Of a stretch of DNA of 64,000 nt, positions 19,259 through 28,141 are shown piece after piece. A program made the translations under genes and the position numbers. Numbering within the stretch: position 1 is the stretch's first letter; each line of letters opens with the position of its first letter. This DNA is from Planctomycetota bacterium (GTDB lineage Bacteria > Planctomycetota > UBA8108 > SXIK01), in contig CBDCXR010000004.1 of assembly GCA_965223845.1 (NCBI GenBank), positions 1,408,001-1,472,000 of the forward strand. Direction: 5' to 3'. The notes below the pieces were generated by a model, which ran no database searches, had not been told where the DNA came from, and saw only the letters and a list, made by a program, of their open reading frames with translations.

Positions 19259-19999
19259 ATGAGTCTCGTTCGCATCTCCCGCGCTCTTTCGCGCGCGCTC
19301 GCCGATCTCAGCTTCGGCGCACCGATTACCCACGTCTACAATCCACTCGAGTACGCGCGGAAACCGCACGAGCGCTATCTCCGGCGCTACTCGCGGCGCG
19401 GCATTCCCGCGGTGCTGCTCGGAATGAATCCCGGGCCCTTTGGCATGGCGCAGACCGGCGTGCCGTTCGGAGACGTCGGTTTCGTCCGCGACTGGCTCGG
19501 GATCGAGGCACCCGTCGGGAAGCCGGATCCGGAGCACCCGAAACGACCGATCCACGGGTTCGACTGCGCGCGAAGCGAGGTCAGCGGAACGCGTCTCTGG
19601 GGCTGGGCGCGCGATGCGTACGGAACTCCGGACGCGTTCTTCGAGGAGTTCTTCATTCTCAACTACTGCCCGCTCGTCTTCATGGAGGAGTCGGGCAAGA
19701 ACCGGACGCCGGACAAGTGCGCGCGGAGCGAGCGCGAGCCGCTCTTCGCCGCTTGCGATGTCGCGCTCCGCCGCTCGATCGAGTTTCTCGCGCCGCGGAT
19801 TGTCATCGGTGTCGGCGCGTTCGCCGAAGCGCGTGCCCGCGATGTGCTCGGAGACGTGGACGTCGAGATCGGTCGCGTTCTCCATCCGAGCCCGCAGAGC
19901 CCCGCCGCCAATCGCGGCTGGGCTACGGCGGCGCGAAAGGATTTGCGACGGTGCGGGATCGAAGTTCCCTCGACCGGGCGGCGAGCGGCCGTGCGTTGA
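19259..19999 (+). CDS. SMUG1-type (family 3) uracil-DNA glycosylase
   Basis: GMNPGPFGMAQTGVPFG, SEVSG.RLW, NYCPL, HPSP motifs. Confidence 0.93.
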   Translation: MSLVRISRALSRALADLSFGAPITHVYNPLEYARKPHERYLRRYSRRGIPAVLLGMNPGPFGMAQTGVPFGDVGFVRDWLGIEAPVGKPDPEHPKRPIHGFDCARSEVSGTRLWGWARDAYGTPDAFFEEFFILNYCPLVFMEESGKNRTPDKCARSEREPLFAACDVALRRSIEFLAPRIVIGVGAFAEARARDVLGDVDVEIGRVLHPSPQSPAANRGWATAARKDLRRCGIEVPSTGRRAAVR

Positions 20000-20096
20000 C
20001 CGAGACCGAGTGGCCCGGCGAACGATCGCTCGCTACGATGGCGCTCCCGCCCTCTGGTCGACTCACCGAGTACATCCGACGAGGAGTATCCGAATC

Positions 20097-21260
20097 ATGA
20101 CGAAGCTCAGCTTCGCGCTCACTGCGTGGATCGGCCTCGCCGCAATCGTCCGTGCCGAGGAACCCGCGAACTTCGACGCGATCGACATCGACACCAACGT
20201 GGGGATCGGCTACGGCGTCGCGGTCGCCGACATGAATGCCGATGGGCGGCTCGATGTCGTTCTCGTCGACAAGGAGAACGTCGCGTGGTACCGAAACCCC
20301 GATTGGGCGAAGTTCGAGATCGTCGGGAAGCTCACGCCGCGCGACCACGTCTGCGTCGCCGCTCGCGATATCGACGGCGACGGCCGCGCCGAGGTGGCCG
20401 TAGGCGCCGAGTGGAACCCGGGCGACACCGTGAAGAGCGGCTCCGTCCACTACATGATCCCGACCTCCGATCGCCGCGGTTCGTGGCATCCCGTCGCGCT
20501 TCCGCACGAGCCGACCGTGCATCGGATGCGCTGGGTGCGGACCGGAACCAGCGCGTGGGGGATTCTCGTCGTCCCGCTCCACGGCCGGGGCAATCGTGGG
20601 GGCGAAGGCGTCGGCGTTAGAACCTGGATCTACCATCCGCCCGCGAACGGCTCGCCGCGGGCGCCGTGGCGCCAAGAGCTCGTCTCGTGGCAGCTCCACA
20701 TGACCCACAACGCGGATCCGGTCCAGTGGGACGGCGATCCGGAAGACGAGATCCTGATCGCGAGTCGCGAGGGAGTGTTCCTCTTCGACGCGACGGGCGA
20801 CCGCTGGTCCCGCCGGCAGCTCAGCGCCGGCGCCGCGAGCGAGGTGCGGGCCGGTCGACTCGCCGACGGTCGACGGATGCTCGTGACCATCGAGCCGTTC
20901 CACGGGAACCGCGTCGTCGCCTACGTGCCGAGCGCGACCGACGCGAACGGTCTCTGGAGCGAACGGGAACTCGACGCGACCCTCAAGGGCGGCCACGCCG
21001 TCGCCTGCGGAGACCTCCTCGGAACCGGGGGCGATCAAGTCGCGGTCGGCTGGCGGCAGTCCGACGCGAAGGGTGAGGTGGGAGTTCGTCTCTACGTCCC
21101 GAATCGGGATGGCAGCGAGTGGAGAGTCCTTCGCGTCGATCGGAACGAGATGGCCTGCGAAGACCTTCGCCTCGCCGATTTCGACGGCGACGGACGGCTC
21201 GACATCGTGGCGGCCGGGCGGGCGACCAAGAATCTGCGGATCTACTACAACCGGCCGTGA
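20097..21260 (+). CDS. Secreted FG-GAP/VCBS beta-propeller protein (aldos-2-ulose dehydratase propeller-like)
   Basis: GAGGAG RBS; signal peptide; ADMNADGRLDVV, DIDGDG, EPFHGN, GHAVACGD, DFDGDGRLDIV. Confidence 0.8.
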   Translation: MTKLSFALTAWIGLAAIVRAEEPANFDAIDIDTNVGIGYGVAVADMNADGRLDVVLVDKENVAWYRNPDWAKFEIVGKLTPRDHVCVAARDIDGDGRAEVAVGAEWNPGDTVKSGSVHYMIPTSDRRGSWHPVALPHEPTVHRMRWVRTGTSAWGILVVPLHGRGNRGGEGVGVRTWIYHPPANGSPRAPWRQELVSWQLHMTHNADPVQWDGDPEDEILIASREGVFLFDATGDRWSRRQLSAGAASEVRAGRLADGRRMLVTIEPFHGNRVVAYVPSATDANGLWSERELDATLKGGHAVACGDLLGTGGDQVAVGWRQSDAKGEVGVRLYVPNRDGSEWRVLRVDRNEMACEDLRLADFDGDGRLDIVAAGRATKNLRIYYNRP

Positions 21261-21273
21261 TGGTCCGTTGCCG

Positions 21274-22290
21274 CTACTTGGTCGTGAGTTCCTTCAGCTT
21301 CGCGTAGAGGGCGGGATCGTCCTTCGCGCCTTCGAACGCAAACGGGGCGTGTTGATTCTTCCCGACGTTCGAGTAGCCCCACGAGCAGAGCGAATCGACC
21401 GCGGCTTGCGCGGAGGCGATCGCGTTGTCGCCGGTCTTCTCGTCGGCGTTGCAGACGATGGCTTTCACGTACTTGCTCGCTGAGGTCACCCGCGCTTGAA
21501 TCTGGCCCGCGGGGATTTTGGAAAACTGTAGCAGAATGAAATCGGACGCGTTCCCGACCTGGTGCGACGTCCGGCCGTTTCCCACTCCGCTTGCGGCGAC
21601 GAGGAGCCCCGGACAGGCCTTCTTGACCGATGCGATCACATCGGCGAGGGCGACGGGGTCGCGGAGGGCATCGTGGTCGTAGCCCGGATCGAGGAAGCCG
21701 CTCGCCACGTCGACGATGACGTTCGTGCAGCCCTTCTCTTTGATCCAGCCCGCGACGGCGGTCGCTCCACGCACGATGGCCGTGCCGTCCTCGAGGATCT
21801 CGTCCTGCTTGGGATCGAAGAAGCTGAGGATAACGGCGACGCCCTGCGCGTCACACGCGTCGATCACGCGTGCGACTCTCTTCATATAGTCCGGGCGGAG
21901 ACTGCCGTCGGGAGCGAAGGCCGAGGTCTTCGCGCCTTCGTACCCGGGGTCGCCTCCTTGGAGGCCGATCGTAAACGCGTTCACGCCGTGACGAACGTAT
22001 TCCGGAATCGCCGCGATGAACGCCGCGGTGTTCGCGTCGGCGTCGAATCCCTTCGGGGACGTCTTCGGATTCGCGTCCTCGAAGGTCGCGTTCAGCATTC
22101 GGACGTTGACGAGGAGCCCCTCCGCAGAGCTTCCGGCGTGGGTGGCTTCGCCGTTGATCTCCCAGAAACCGTCGACGATCGCGATGCGTGTTTTCGGCTT
22201 GTCGTCAGCGTCGAGGCGCGACGAAGACGGCGCGATGGCGGCGAGGACGAGGACACAAGCAGGAACGAACTTAGCGGCGGAAAATCTCAT
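21274..22290 (-). CDS. Secreted glycoside-hydrolase-like (TIM barrel) hypothetical protein
   Basis: Signal peptide; GLLVNVRMLNATFED, GVNAFTIGLQGG, RVIDACDAQG.AVILSFF pattern. Confidence 0.6.
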   Translation of the reverse strand: MRFSAAKFVPACVLVLAAIAPSSSRLDADDKPKTRIAIVDGFWEINGEATHAGSSAEGLLVNVRMLNATFEDANPKTSPKGFDADANTAAFIAAIPEYVRHGVNAFTIGLQGGDPGYEGAKTSAFAPDGSLRPDYMKRVARVIDACDAQGVAVILSFFDPKQDEILEDGTAIVRGATAVAGWIKEKGCTNVIVDVASGFLDPGYDHDALRDPVALADVIASVKKACPGLLVAASGVGNGRTSHQVGNASDFILLQFSKIPAGQIQARVTSASKYVKAIVCNADEKTGDNAIASAQAAVDSLCSWGYSNVGKNQHAPFAFEGAKDDPALYAKLKELTTK

Positions 22291-22477
22291 GGAGTAGGCC
22301 GGACGTGAGGGGCAGGGGCGAGTAGGGCACAAGTAAGATGACGAGCCGCCGACGGTCGAAGGTTCGACGCGTCGGCGGCGCGCTCTCTTCACTCGATTCT
22401 CGGATTCCACAATCGCGGACGACGGGCGAGCGAGGCCGCTTTGGGCTCCGGAGCTCGCCGTCGTTCGCGGTCGAGGT

Positions 22478-23776
22478 TCACATCGGCTTACCCGGGGCGG
22501 GAACCGGCGGCATCGGAATGTCACCGAATTCGTACTTCTCGGGTCCGAGCCGCTCCTCGCTCGACATGAGCTGATCCCAAGTGACGTCTCGTCCCGTGTA
22601 GCAAGAGGTGCGGGCGAGGATGGCACTCGCGGTGCTCTTCGCGACGTTCTCCGCCTCGTTGAGCGCGCCCTTCCCGCCCTTGATGCTCGCCTGGAGGTTG
22701 ATGTGCTCCTGGACGTACGGATTCACCTGATTCCCGCGCCAGTGCCAGTCGTTTGCGTCCCAGGGCCCTTGACCCCAGATGCGACTCCGGCAGTTGGTGC
22801 TCCCCTTCGTCCCGACGAGGTACTCGGACACGTCGTTCCAGCACCCGTCGATCTGACGGCACATGCTGGTGACGCGGATGTCCGGATGGCCCTTTCCCTT
22901 CGGGTTCGCGTAGATGAGCTCCGTCGCGAAATGGTCGAAGATATTGCCGTACTTCTTCTTTCCCTTTCGCACTTGCCGGCCACCCATGCCGCGCGCGCGG
23001 ACGGGATAGCTGCCGATGAACCAGTTCATGACATCGATGTTGTGAACGTGCTGCTCGACGATGTGGTCACCGGACAGCCACGTGAAGTAGAGCCAGTCGC
23101 GGATCTGCCACTCCATCGCGCTCCACTCGTCGCGCGGCTCGACGCTCCAGAGGCCGCCCATGTTCCAGTAGCAGCGACCGTTGACGATGTCGCCGATCGC
23201 TCCGTGGGCGATGCGTCGCTGACATTCGATGTACTGCTTCTGATGCCGGCGCTGAGTTCCGGCCGCGACGCTCAGCCCCTTCTCCTTGGCACTCTCGCCC
23301 GCGGCGAGAAAGCGGCGGATGCCAGGTCCGTCGACGGCGACGGGCTTCTCGGTGAAGACGTGCTTCCCGGCTTTGATCGCCGCTTCGAAGTGCTCGGGGC
23401 GGAAGTGGGGCGGGGTCGCGAGAATCACGTAGTCGATGCCCGAGTCGATCACTTTCTGAAACGCGTCGAAGCCGACGAAGGCGCGCGATTCGTCGACCTT
23501 GAACGAACGCTGCGCCCGCTTGGCCTTGTCGGCGAAGGTGTCGCCCACCGCGTGAATGACAACCGAGTCGCCTTTCATCTTCGCGGCTTCAAGCGCGTTC
23601 CGGGCGGCGCCGGTGCCGCGGCCGCCGCAGCCGATGAGGCCGACTTTGAACTCGTGCTTCGATGCGCCGAGAACACTCGGCGCGCTCAGCGTCGAGCCGG
23701 CCGCGACGGCGGAGCCAGCGGCCGCGTGCAGGAATCTCCGTCGGGACACCGAGCGGGAATCGGTGGGTCGTTTCAA
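22478..23776 (-). CDS. Tat-exported Gfo/Idh/MocA oxidoreductase
   Basis: SRRRFL Tat motif; GLIGCGGRG; EKP; GDHIVEQHVHNID. Confidence 0.92.
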   Translation of the reverse strand: MKRPTDSRSVSRRRFLHAAAGSAVAAGSTLSAPSVLGASKHEFKVGLIGCGGRGTGAARNALEAAKMKGDSVVIHAVGDTFADKAKRAQRSFKVDESRAFVGFDAFQKVIDSGIDYVILATPPHFRPEHFEAAIKAGKHVFTEKPVAVDGPGIRRFLAAGESAKEKGLSVAAGTQRRHQKQYIECQRRIAHGAIGDIVNGRCYWNMGGLWSVEPRDEWSAMEWQIRDWLYFTWLSGDHIVEQHVHNIDVMNWFIGSYPVRARGMGGRQVRKGKKKYGNIFDHFATELIYANPKGKGHPDIRVTSMCRQIDGCWNDVSEYLVGTKGSTNCRSRIWGQGPWDANDWHWRGNQVNPYVQEHINLQASIKGGKGALNEAENVAKSTASAILARTSCYTGRDVTWDQLMSSEERLGPEKYEFGDIPMPPVPAPGKPM

Positions 23777-24244
23777 GGCTATCCTCCATCGTGATTCAGC
23801 GTTGCCGGGAACGGACGTTCCGGCACTGGGGATCTACGCCCGCGCTTGCCGTGGCGAGCATGCCACGCGGGTCCGGTTTCGACACTAGGCCTCGCGAGCA
23901 CCCCATTCAGAGAATTCACTCGGCCGAGAGCGGAGGCCTTCGCGCTCCTTCTCGCCGCGTCAATTCCCGAAACCTCGGCGACCGCTTGCGTCTATCGCTG
24001 TCGCTAGACCGCAAACGCGCCGGTTCTCGACGCGAAGCACGTTTCCGCGGGCAGCTAGGCTATCGGGCCATCGCCGGGGCGGTCAAGCCTCGCCCACGCT
24101 TCTCCCGAGAATGAGAGGGCGAGCGGACGCTGAGCGAGGTGCGCGCCGGGCATCCGGAGGTCGAGGAAAGCGACCCCTCGCGTTATCCTAACGGTCGACT
24201 GACGGTGGCGATTCCAGAACGAAAGTACGACGATCGGGCGACTC

Positions 24245-25417
24245 ATGAGACCAACACGACGCAAACGTTTGGCCCCGGCATTCGCGATCGCCGCGTTTTG
24301 CAGCGGTCTCGCCGCCTGCGATGGCGGGCGGGCTCAGACGGCGACGGAAACTACCCCGGAGCTCGATCGCGCGGAAGATCCCACCGCCGGTGTGGACTCC
24401 TCGGGCGACTCCGCCCAGAACGGGAAGGCACCGTCGTATCTCCGATTCGAGGGGCAGAACTCCGGCGAAGGGGCGCTCTACACCGCGCTCGTCACCATGG
24501 CGGGGGAGGACGGCGTCCGCGTCGACCTCATCGGGGCGGTCCACGTCGGCGACGCAGCGTACTACGACGATCTCGAGCGCCGATTCGCGAGCTACGAGAG
24601 CCTCCTCTACGAGATGGTGCGGCCGGAGGGAGCAGCGCCGGACGATGTCCCGAAGACATCTTCGGGCATCAGCATGTTTCAGCGCGCCCTCAAGGACGCG
24701 CTCGATCTCGAGTTCCAGCTCGATGCCATCGATTACTCGAAAGCGAACTTCGTCCACGCCGATCTCGACTGGGAGTCCTTTCAGAAGCTTCAGAAGAAGA
24801 AGGGAGAGAGCATCGCCGGGCTTCTCCTCAAGGCGACGGCGGTCGAGCTCGAACGGCGGAAGAAGGGCGGCGAGGCCCACGAAATCACGCCGGTGCAGTT
24901 GCTCATCGCGCTTTCGAGCGAGGACAGCGCTCGGACGCTCAAGTACCTTCTCGCCCAGCAGATGCAAGAGGCCGAGCACGTGCTCGCCGGAATCGAAGAC
25001 CCCGACGCCGGGCCGGACGGTGGGTCGGTCCTCGTCGTCGAGAGAAACCGGAAGGCTCTCGCCGTCCTGCGGGAGCGAATCGCGGAAGGGGATCGGCGCC
25101 TCGGGATTTTCTACGGCGCCGGACATCTGCCGGACCTAGAGCGCCGTCTGATCGACGAGTTCGGCATGCGGCGAACGGGATTCGAGTGGATCCCAGCGTG
25201 GCGGATCGAAAAGAAGAAGGAGACGCCGCCGCCGGCCGGTGGGATCTTCGAGCGCCTGTGGGGCCCGGTCAAGAAGGACGCGAAACGTGCCGAAGAACCG
25301 GGCGGATCTGAGGGCGATTCCACGCCCGGCGCCAACCCAGATCCCGTGAGCGCGAGTGCGCCCGCGCCGATCGACGTCTCGCCGGGCGATGCGGACGCGG
25401 ACGATCGGAGACCTTGA
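24245..25417 (+). CDS. Lipoprotein, TraB/GumN-like
   Basis: LAAC lipobox; DLIGAVHVGD, ERN, IFYGAGHLPDL. Confidence 0.65.
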   Translation: MRPTRRKRLAPAFAIAAFCSGLAACDGGRAQTATETTPELDRAEDPTAGVDSSGDSAQNGKAPSYLRFEGQNSGEGALYTALVTMAGEDGVRVDLIGAVHVGDAAYYDDLERRFASYESLLYEMVRPEGAAPDDVPKTSSGISMFQRALKDALDLEFQLDAIDYSKANFVHADLDWESFQKLQKKKGESIAGLLLKATAVELERRKKGGEAHEITPVQLLIALSSEDSARTLKYLLAQQMQEAEHVLAGIEDPDAGPDGGSVLVVERNRKALAVLRERIAEGDRRLGIFYGAGHLPDLERRLIDEFGMRRTGFEWIPAWRIEKKKETPPPAGGIFERLWGPVKKDAKRAEEPGGSEGDSTPGANPDPVSASAPAPIDVSPGDADADDRRP

Positions 25418-25451
25418 GCCGAGGCGATCGGCGGAGAAGAGGAGGTGAGGG

Positions 25452-26282
25452 ATGAACGAGCGCGTTCCGGCGGAGACTCGCGGTCGATCGCGCGCCTGGT
25501 GGGCCATCGCGGCGATCCTCTTCGGGTGCGACGGAGCGGCGCCGACCCCCGACCCCGTCGCCCAGTTTCAGGAGGTCGTCGAGGCGGTGCAGTCGAGTGA
25601 CCTCGCGGCCGCGTACTCGCGTTGGCTCCCGGCCGCCTATCGCGAGGACGTGGACGGACTCATTTCGGGCTTCACCGCTCTCGTAGACGAAAAGGACCAC
25701 GAGCGGCTCGCGGGCGCCATCGATCGCATCGGTGGGCGGATCGCGGCGCTCCGCGCGCAGTTCGGCTCGGACGATCCGATCTGGGACGTGATCGCGGAGC
25801 GCGTCCCGAAGCTGAGCTCGCTCCTCGGCGCCGAAACCTACGCCAAGTTTCGCGCGCTCGACGCCGAGACGCTCCTCCGAACATTCTCCGACGGAATCGC
25901 GCGAGAGTTGATGTCTCATCCGGTCGTCGCGGCTCGATTCCGCGATCTGCGTCTCGAGCTCGTCGAGCGCCGGAACGACTGGGCGCGACTGCGCCTCACC
26001 GTCATTCCGGAGGAAGGGCCCGCGGCGAGCGACGAATTCGAGCTCATCCGGGTCGATTCGAAGTGGGTGATCGACGACTGGGTCGTCGACTGGCCGAAGG
26101 CGATCGGCTCGCTCCGCCAGGAGCTCGACGCGCTCGGACAGTTGAAGGCTGAGGATCCGAGCGCGTTCGCCCAGAAGCTCGACGCCTGGATCGCGCGGAT
26201 GAAAGCGCCGGGCTTTCTCTACGAGGACATCCTCCCGAAAATCGCGCACCTCGCACCGGGTGACGCCGGAACGGACGGTTGA
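25452..26282 (+). CDS. Hypothetical lipoprotein
   Basis: GGAGG RBS; LFGC lipobox; helical content. Confidence 0.65.
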   Translation: MNERVPAETRGRSRAWWAIAAILFGCDGAAPTPDPVAQFQEVVEAVQSSDLAAAYSRWLPAAYREDVDGLISGFTALVDEKDHERLAGAIDRIGGRIAALRAQFGSDDPIWDVIAERVPKLSSLLGAETYAKFRALDAETLLRTFSDGIARELMSHPVVAARFRDLRLELVERRNDWARLRLTVIPEEGPAASDEFELIRVDSKWVIDDWVVDWPKAIGSLRQELDALGQLKAEDPSAFAQKLDAWIARMKAPGFLYEDILPKIAHLAPGDAGTDG

Positions 26283-26375
26283 CTCCGCCTGGTTTCGTCG
26301 CTTAGGTCGAGGCGCCCGTCCCCGGCGGCGGTCGTCCACGGTGGACGCCGTCCCCTCTGACCGTACGGAGATCTC

Positions 26376-26612
26376 ATGGATCAGCCCCACATCGCGAGCA
26401 AGAGTCCGGCCGTCATCGAGCTCGAGCCCGGAACGTATTGGTGGTGTCGCTGCGGCCTCTCGAAGAATCAGCCGTTCTGCGACGGAGCGCACGCGACGAC
26501 GTCGTTTACGCCTCAGGAGATCAAGCTCTCGGAGGCGAGGCGGGTCGCGCTCTGCAATTGCAAGCACAGCGAAAACGGCCCGATGTGTGACGGGACGCAC
26601 GCGCGACTCTGA
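26376..26612 (+). CDS. CDGSH iron-sulfur domain protein (two motifs)
   Basis: WCRCGLSKNQPFCDGAH and LCNCKHSENGPMCDGTH. Confidence 0.93.
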   Translation: MDQPHIASKSPAVIELEPGTYWWCRCGLSKNQPFCDGAHATTSFTPQEIKLSEARRVALCNCKHSENGPMCDGTHARL

Positions 26613-26647
26613 ACGCTCGCGGCGTGAGAGGATGCCCGAAATCGGGG

Positions 26648-26676
26648 TTCACGCGCGTTCCGCCGCGCGGTACGAT
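26648..26676 (+). promoter_or_regulatory. Putative sigma70 promoter of the his leader
   Basis: TTCACG-N17-TACGAT upstream of the leader ORF. Confidence 0.5.
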
Positions 26677-26727
26677 AGCCCGCTGTAGTTTCCCCGCTCC
26701 GGCCCGATCCCGGCCGAGCGAAGCGCG

Positions 26728-26976
26728 ATGCGCGCAAAGACATCCGAACCGATGCGACAGCTCACCAGCGACTCAACCCGACGCGATTCGTCCCGCAGCG
26801 CGCCCCGACGGGAGCGCGACGGACGTGTCATTCGGCGGGACCATCTCTACGGTCTTCACGGCCTCTTCGGTCTGCACGGCGCGCGGGCGCATCATTCGCG
26901 CGTGCACCATCGTCGCTGCTCGAGCACGGCGCATCCCGGCGCCACGCGAGGGAGCTCACCCGACGGATCACTCTGA
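26728..26976 (+). CDS. Putative his operon leader peptide (8 His codons); alternative start at 26752
   Basis: DHLYGLHGLFGLHGARAHHSRVHHRRCSSTAH cluster directly upstream of a terminator and hisG. Confidence 0.7.
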   Translation: MRAKTSEPMRQLTSDSTRRDSSRSAPRRERDGRVIRRDHLYGLHGLFGLHGARAHHSRVHHRRCSSTAHPGATRGSSPDGSL

Positions 26977-27004
26977 TCGCATCCGCGGGTATTTCCGAGA
27001 GAAC

Positions 27005-27039
27005 GAGCCCCTCGCGAAAAACGGCGCGAGGGGTTTTTT
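27005..27039 (+). terminator. Attenuator terminator upstream of hisG
   Basis: GAGCCCCTCGCG-AAAAACGG-CGCGAGGGG followed by TTTTTT. Confidence 0.85.
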
Positions 27040-27106
27040 GTTCCCCCCGGAACTCTCCTCGCCCTCGTGAGAGCGCTCACGGTCGATTGTTTCGTGGAGA
27101 ACACCT

Positions 27107-27976
27107 ATGAAGCTGCGTTTCGGGCTTCCGAAGGGAAGCCTACAGGAGTCGACATTCAGCCTATTTCGACTCGCCGGTTACAACTTTAGCGTGTCGTCGC
27201 GATCCTACTTCCCGTCGACGGACGACGACGAGATCGAGGCGATGCTCGTTCGCGCGCAGGAGATGGCGCGCTACGTGCAGGACGGCACGTTCGACGTCGG
27301 GCTCACCGGGAAGGACTGGATTCTCGAGGCGGGTGCCGATGTCGAAGAGGTGATGGAGCTCTGTTATTCGAAACAGTCGATGCGTCCTTGCCGCTGGGTC
27401 GTCGCAGCGCCGGAGGCGTCGGAGATCCGCACGGCTGCCGACCTCGAGGGCAAGAAGATCGCGACCGAGGCCGTCGGCCTCACCAAACGGTATCTCGTCG
27501 AGAAGGGCGTCGACGCCGAGGTCGAGTTCTCCTGGGGCGCGACGGAGGCGAAGACTCCGGACCTCGTGGACGCCATCGTCGAGATCACCGAAACCGGGTC
27601 GTCGCTGCGGGCGAATAAGCTTCGGATTGTCGACACGATCCTGACGACGACGCCTCGGCTCATCGCCAATCGTGACGCCTGGGCCGACGATTGGAAGCGG
27701 AAGAAGATCGAGAGCATCGCGCTGCTTCTGCGCGGGGCACTCGAAGCGGAAGGGCGTGTCGGTCTCAAGCTCAACTGTCCGGAGGACTGCGTCGACTCGA
27801 TTCTCGACGTTCTCCCCGCGATGAAGAATCCCACCGTAGCGCCGCTCAGCCGATCCGGGTGGGTCGCCCTCGAGACCATTCTCCTCGAGTCGGAAGTGCG
27901 GACGATGATTCCCTCGCTCAAGGCGGCGGGCGCGGTCGACATCATTGAGTATCCGCTCAACAAGGTGATTTACTGA
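27107..27976 (+). CDS. hisG: ATP phosphoribosyltransferase (long form)
   Basis: [30 protein letters not shown]; C-terminal regulatory domain. Confidence 0.97.
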   Translation: MKLRFGLPKGSLQESTFSLFRLAGYNFSVSSRSYFPSTDDDEIEAMLVRAQEMARYVQDGTFDVGLTGKDWILEAGADVEEVMELCYSKQSMRPCRWVVAAPEASEIRTAADLEGKKIATEAVGLTKRYLVEKGVDAEVEFSWGATEAKTPDLVDAIVEITETGSSLRANKLRIVDTILTTTPRLIANRDAWADDWKRKKIESIALLLRGALEAEGRVGLKLNCPEDCVDSILDVLPAMKNPTVAPLSRSGWVALETILLESEVRTMIPSLKAAGAVDIIEYPLNKVIY

Positions 27977-28141
27977 GGCCGGCCGGAGCCGCAATCCCGT
28001 TCCGTTTCCCGACGAGTTCAGCTTTTCGTGCTCTTCGATTGCGGCCGCGATCTTCGCGCCGACTGCCGGTGGGCGACCTCGGCATCGCCGATTCGGAATC
28101 GCGACCGGTGACTAGGATCGGGAACGGGGGAAAAGATCGAT

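Noticed and set aside
19440-20096. Long N-terminal extension of the FG-GAP ORF (likewise the extensions at 22291-22626, 31539-31865, 39140-39478 and 47324-47500)
   Set aside because: Most overlap other genes; downstream starts fit an RBS, signal peptide or the family N-terminus better
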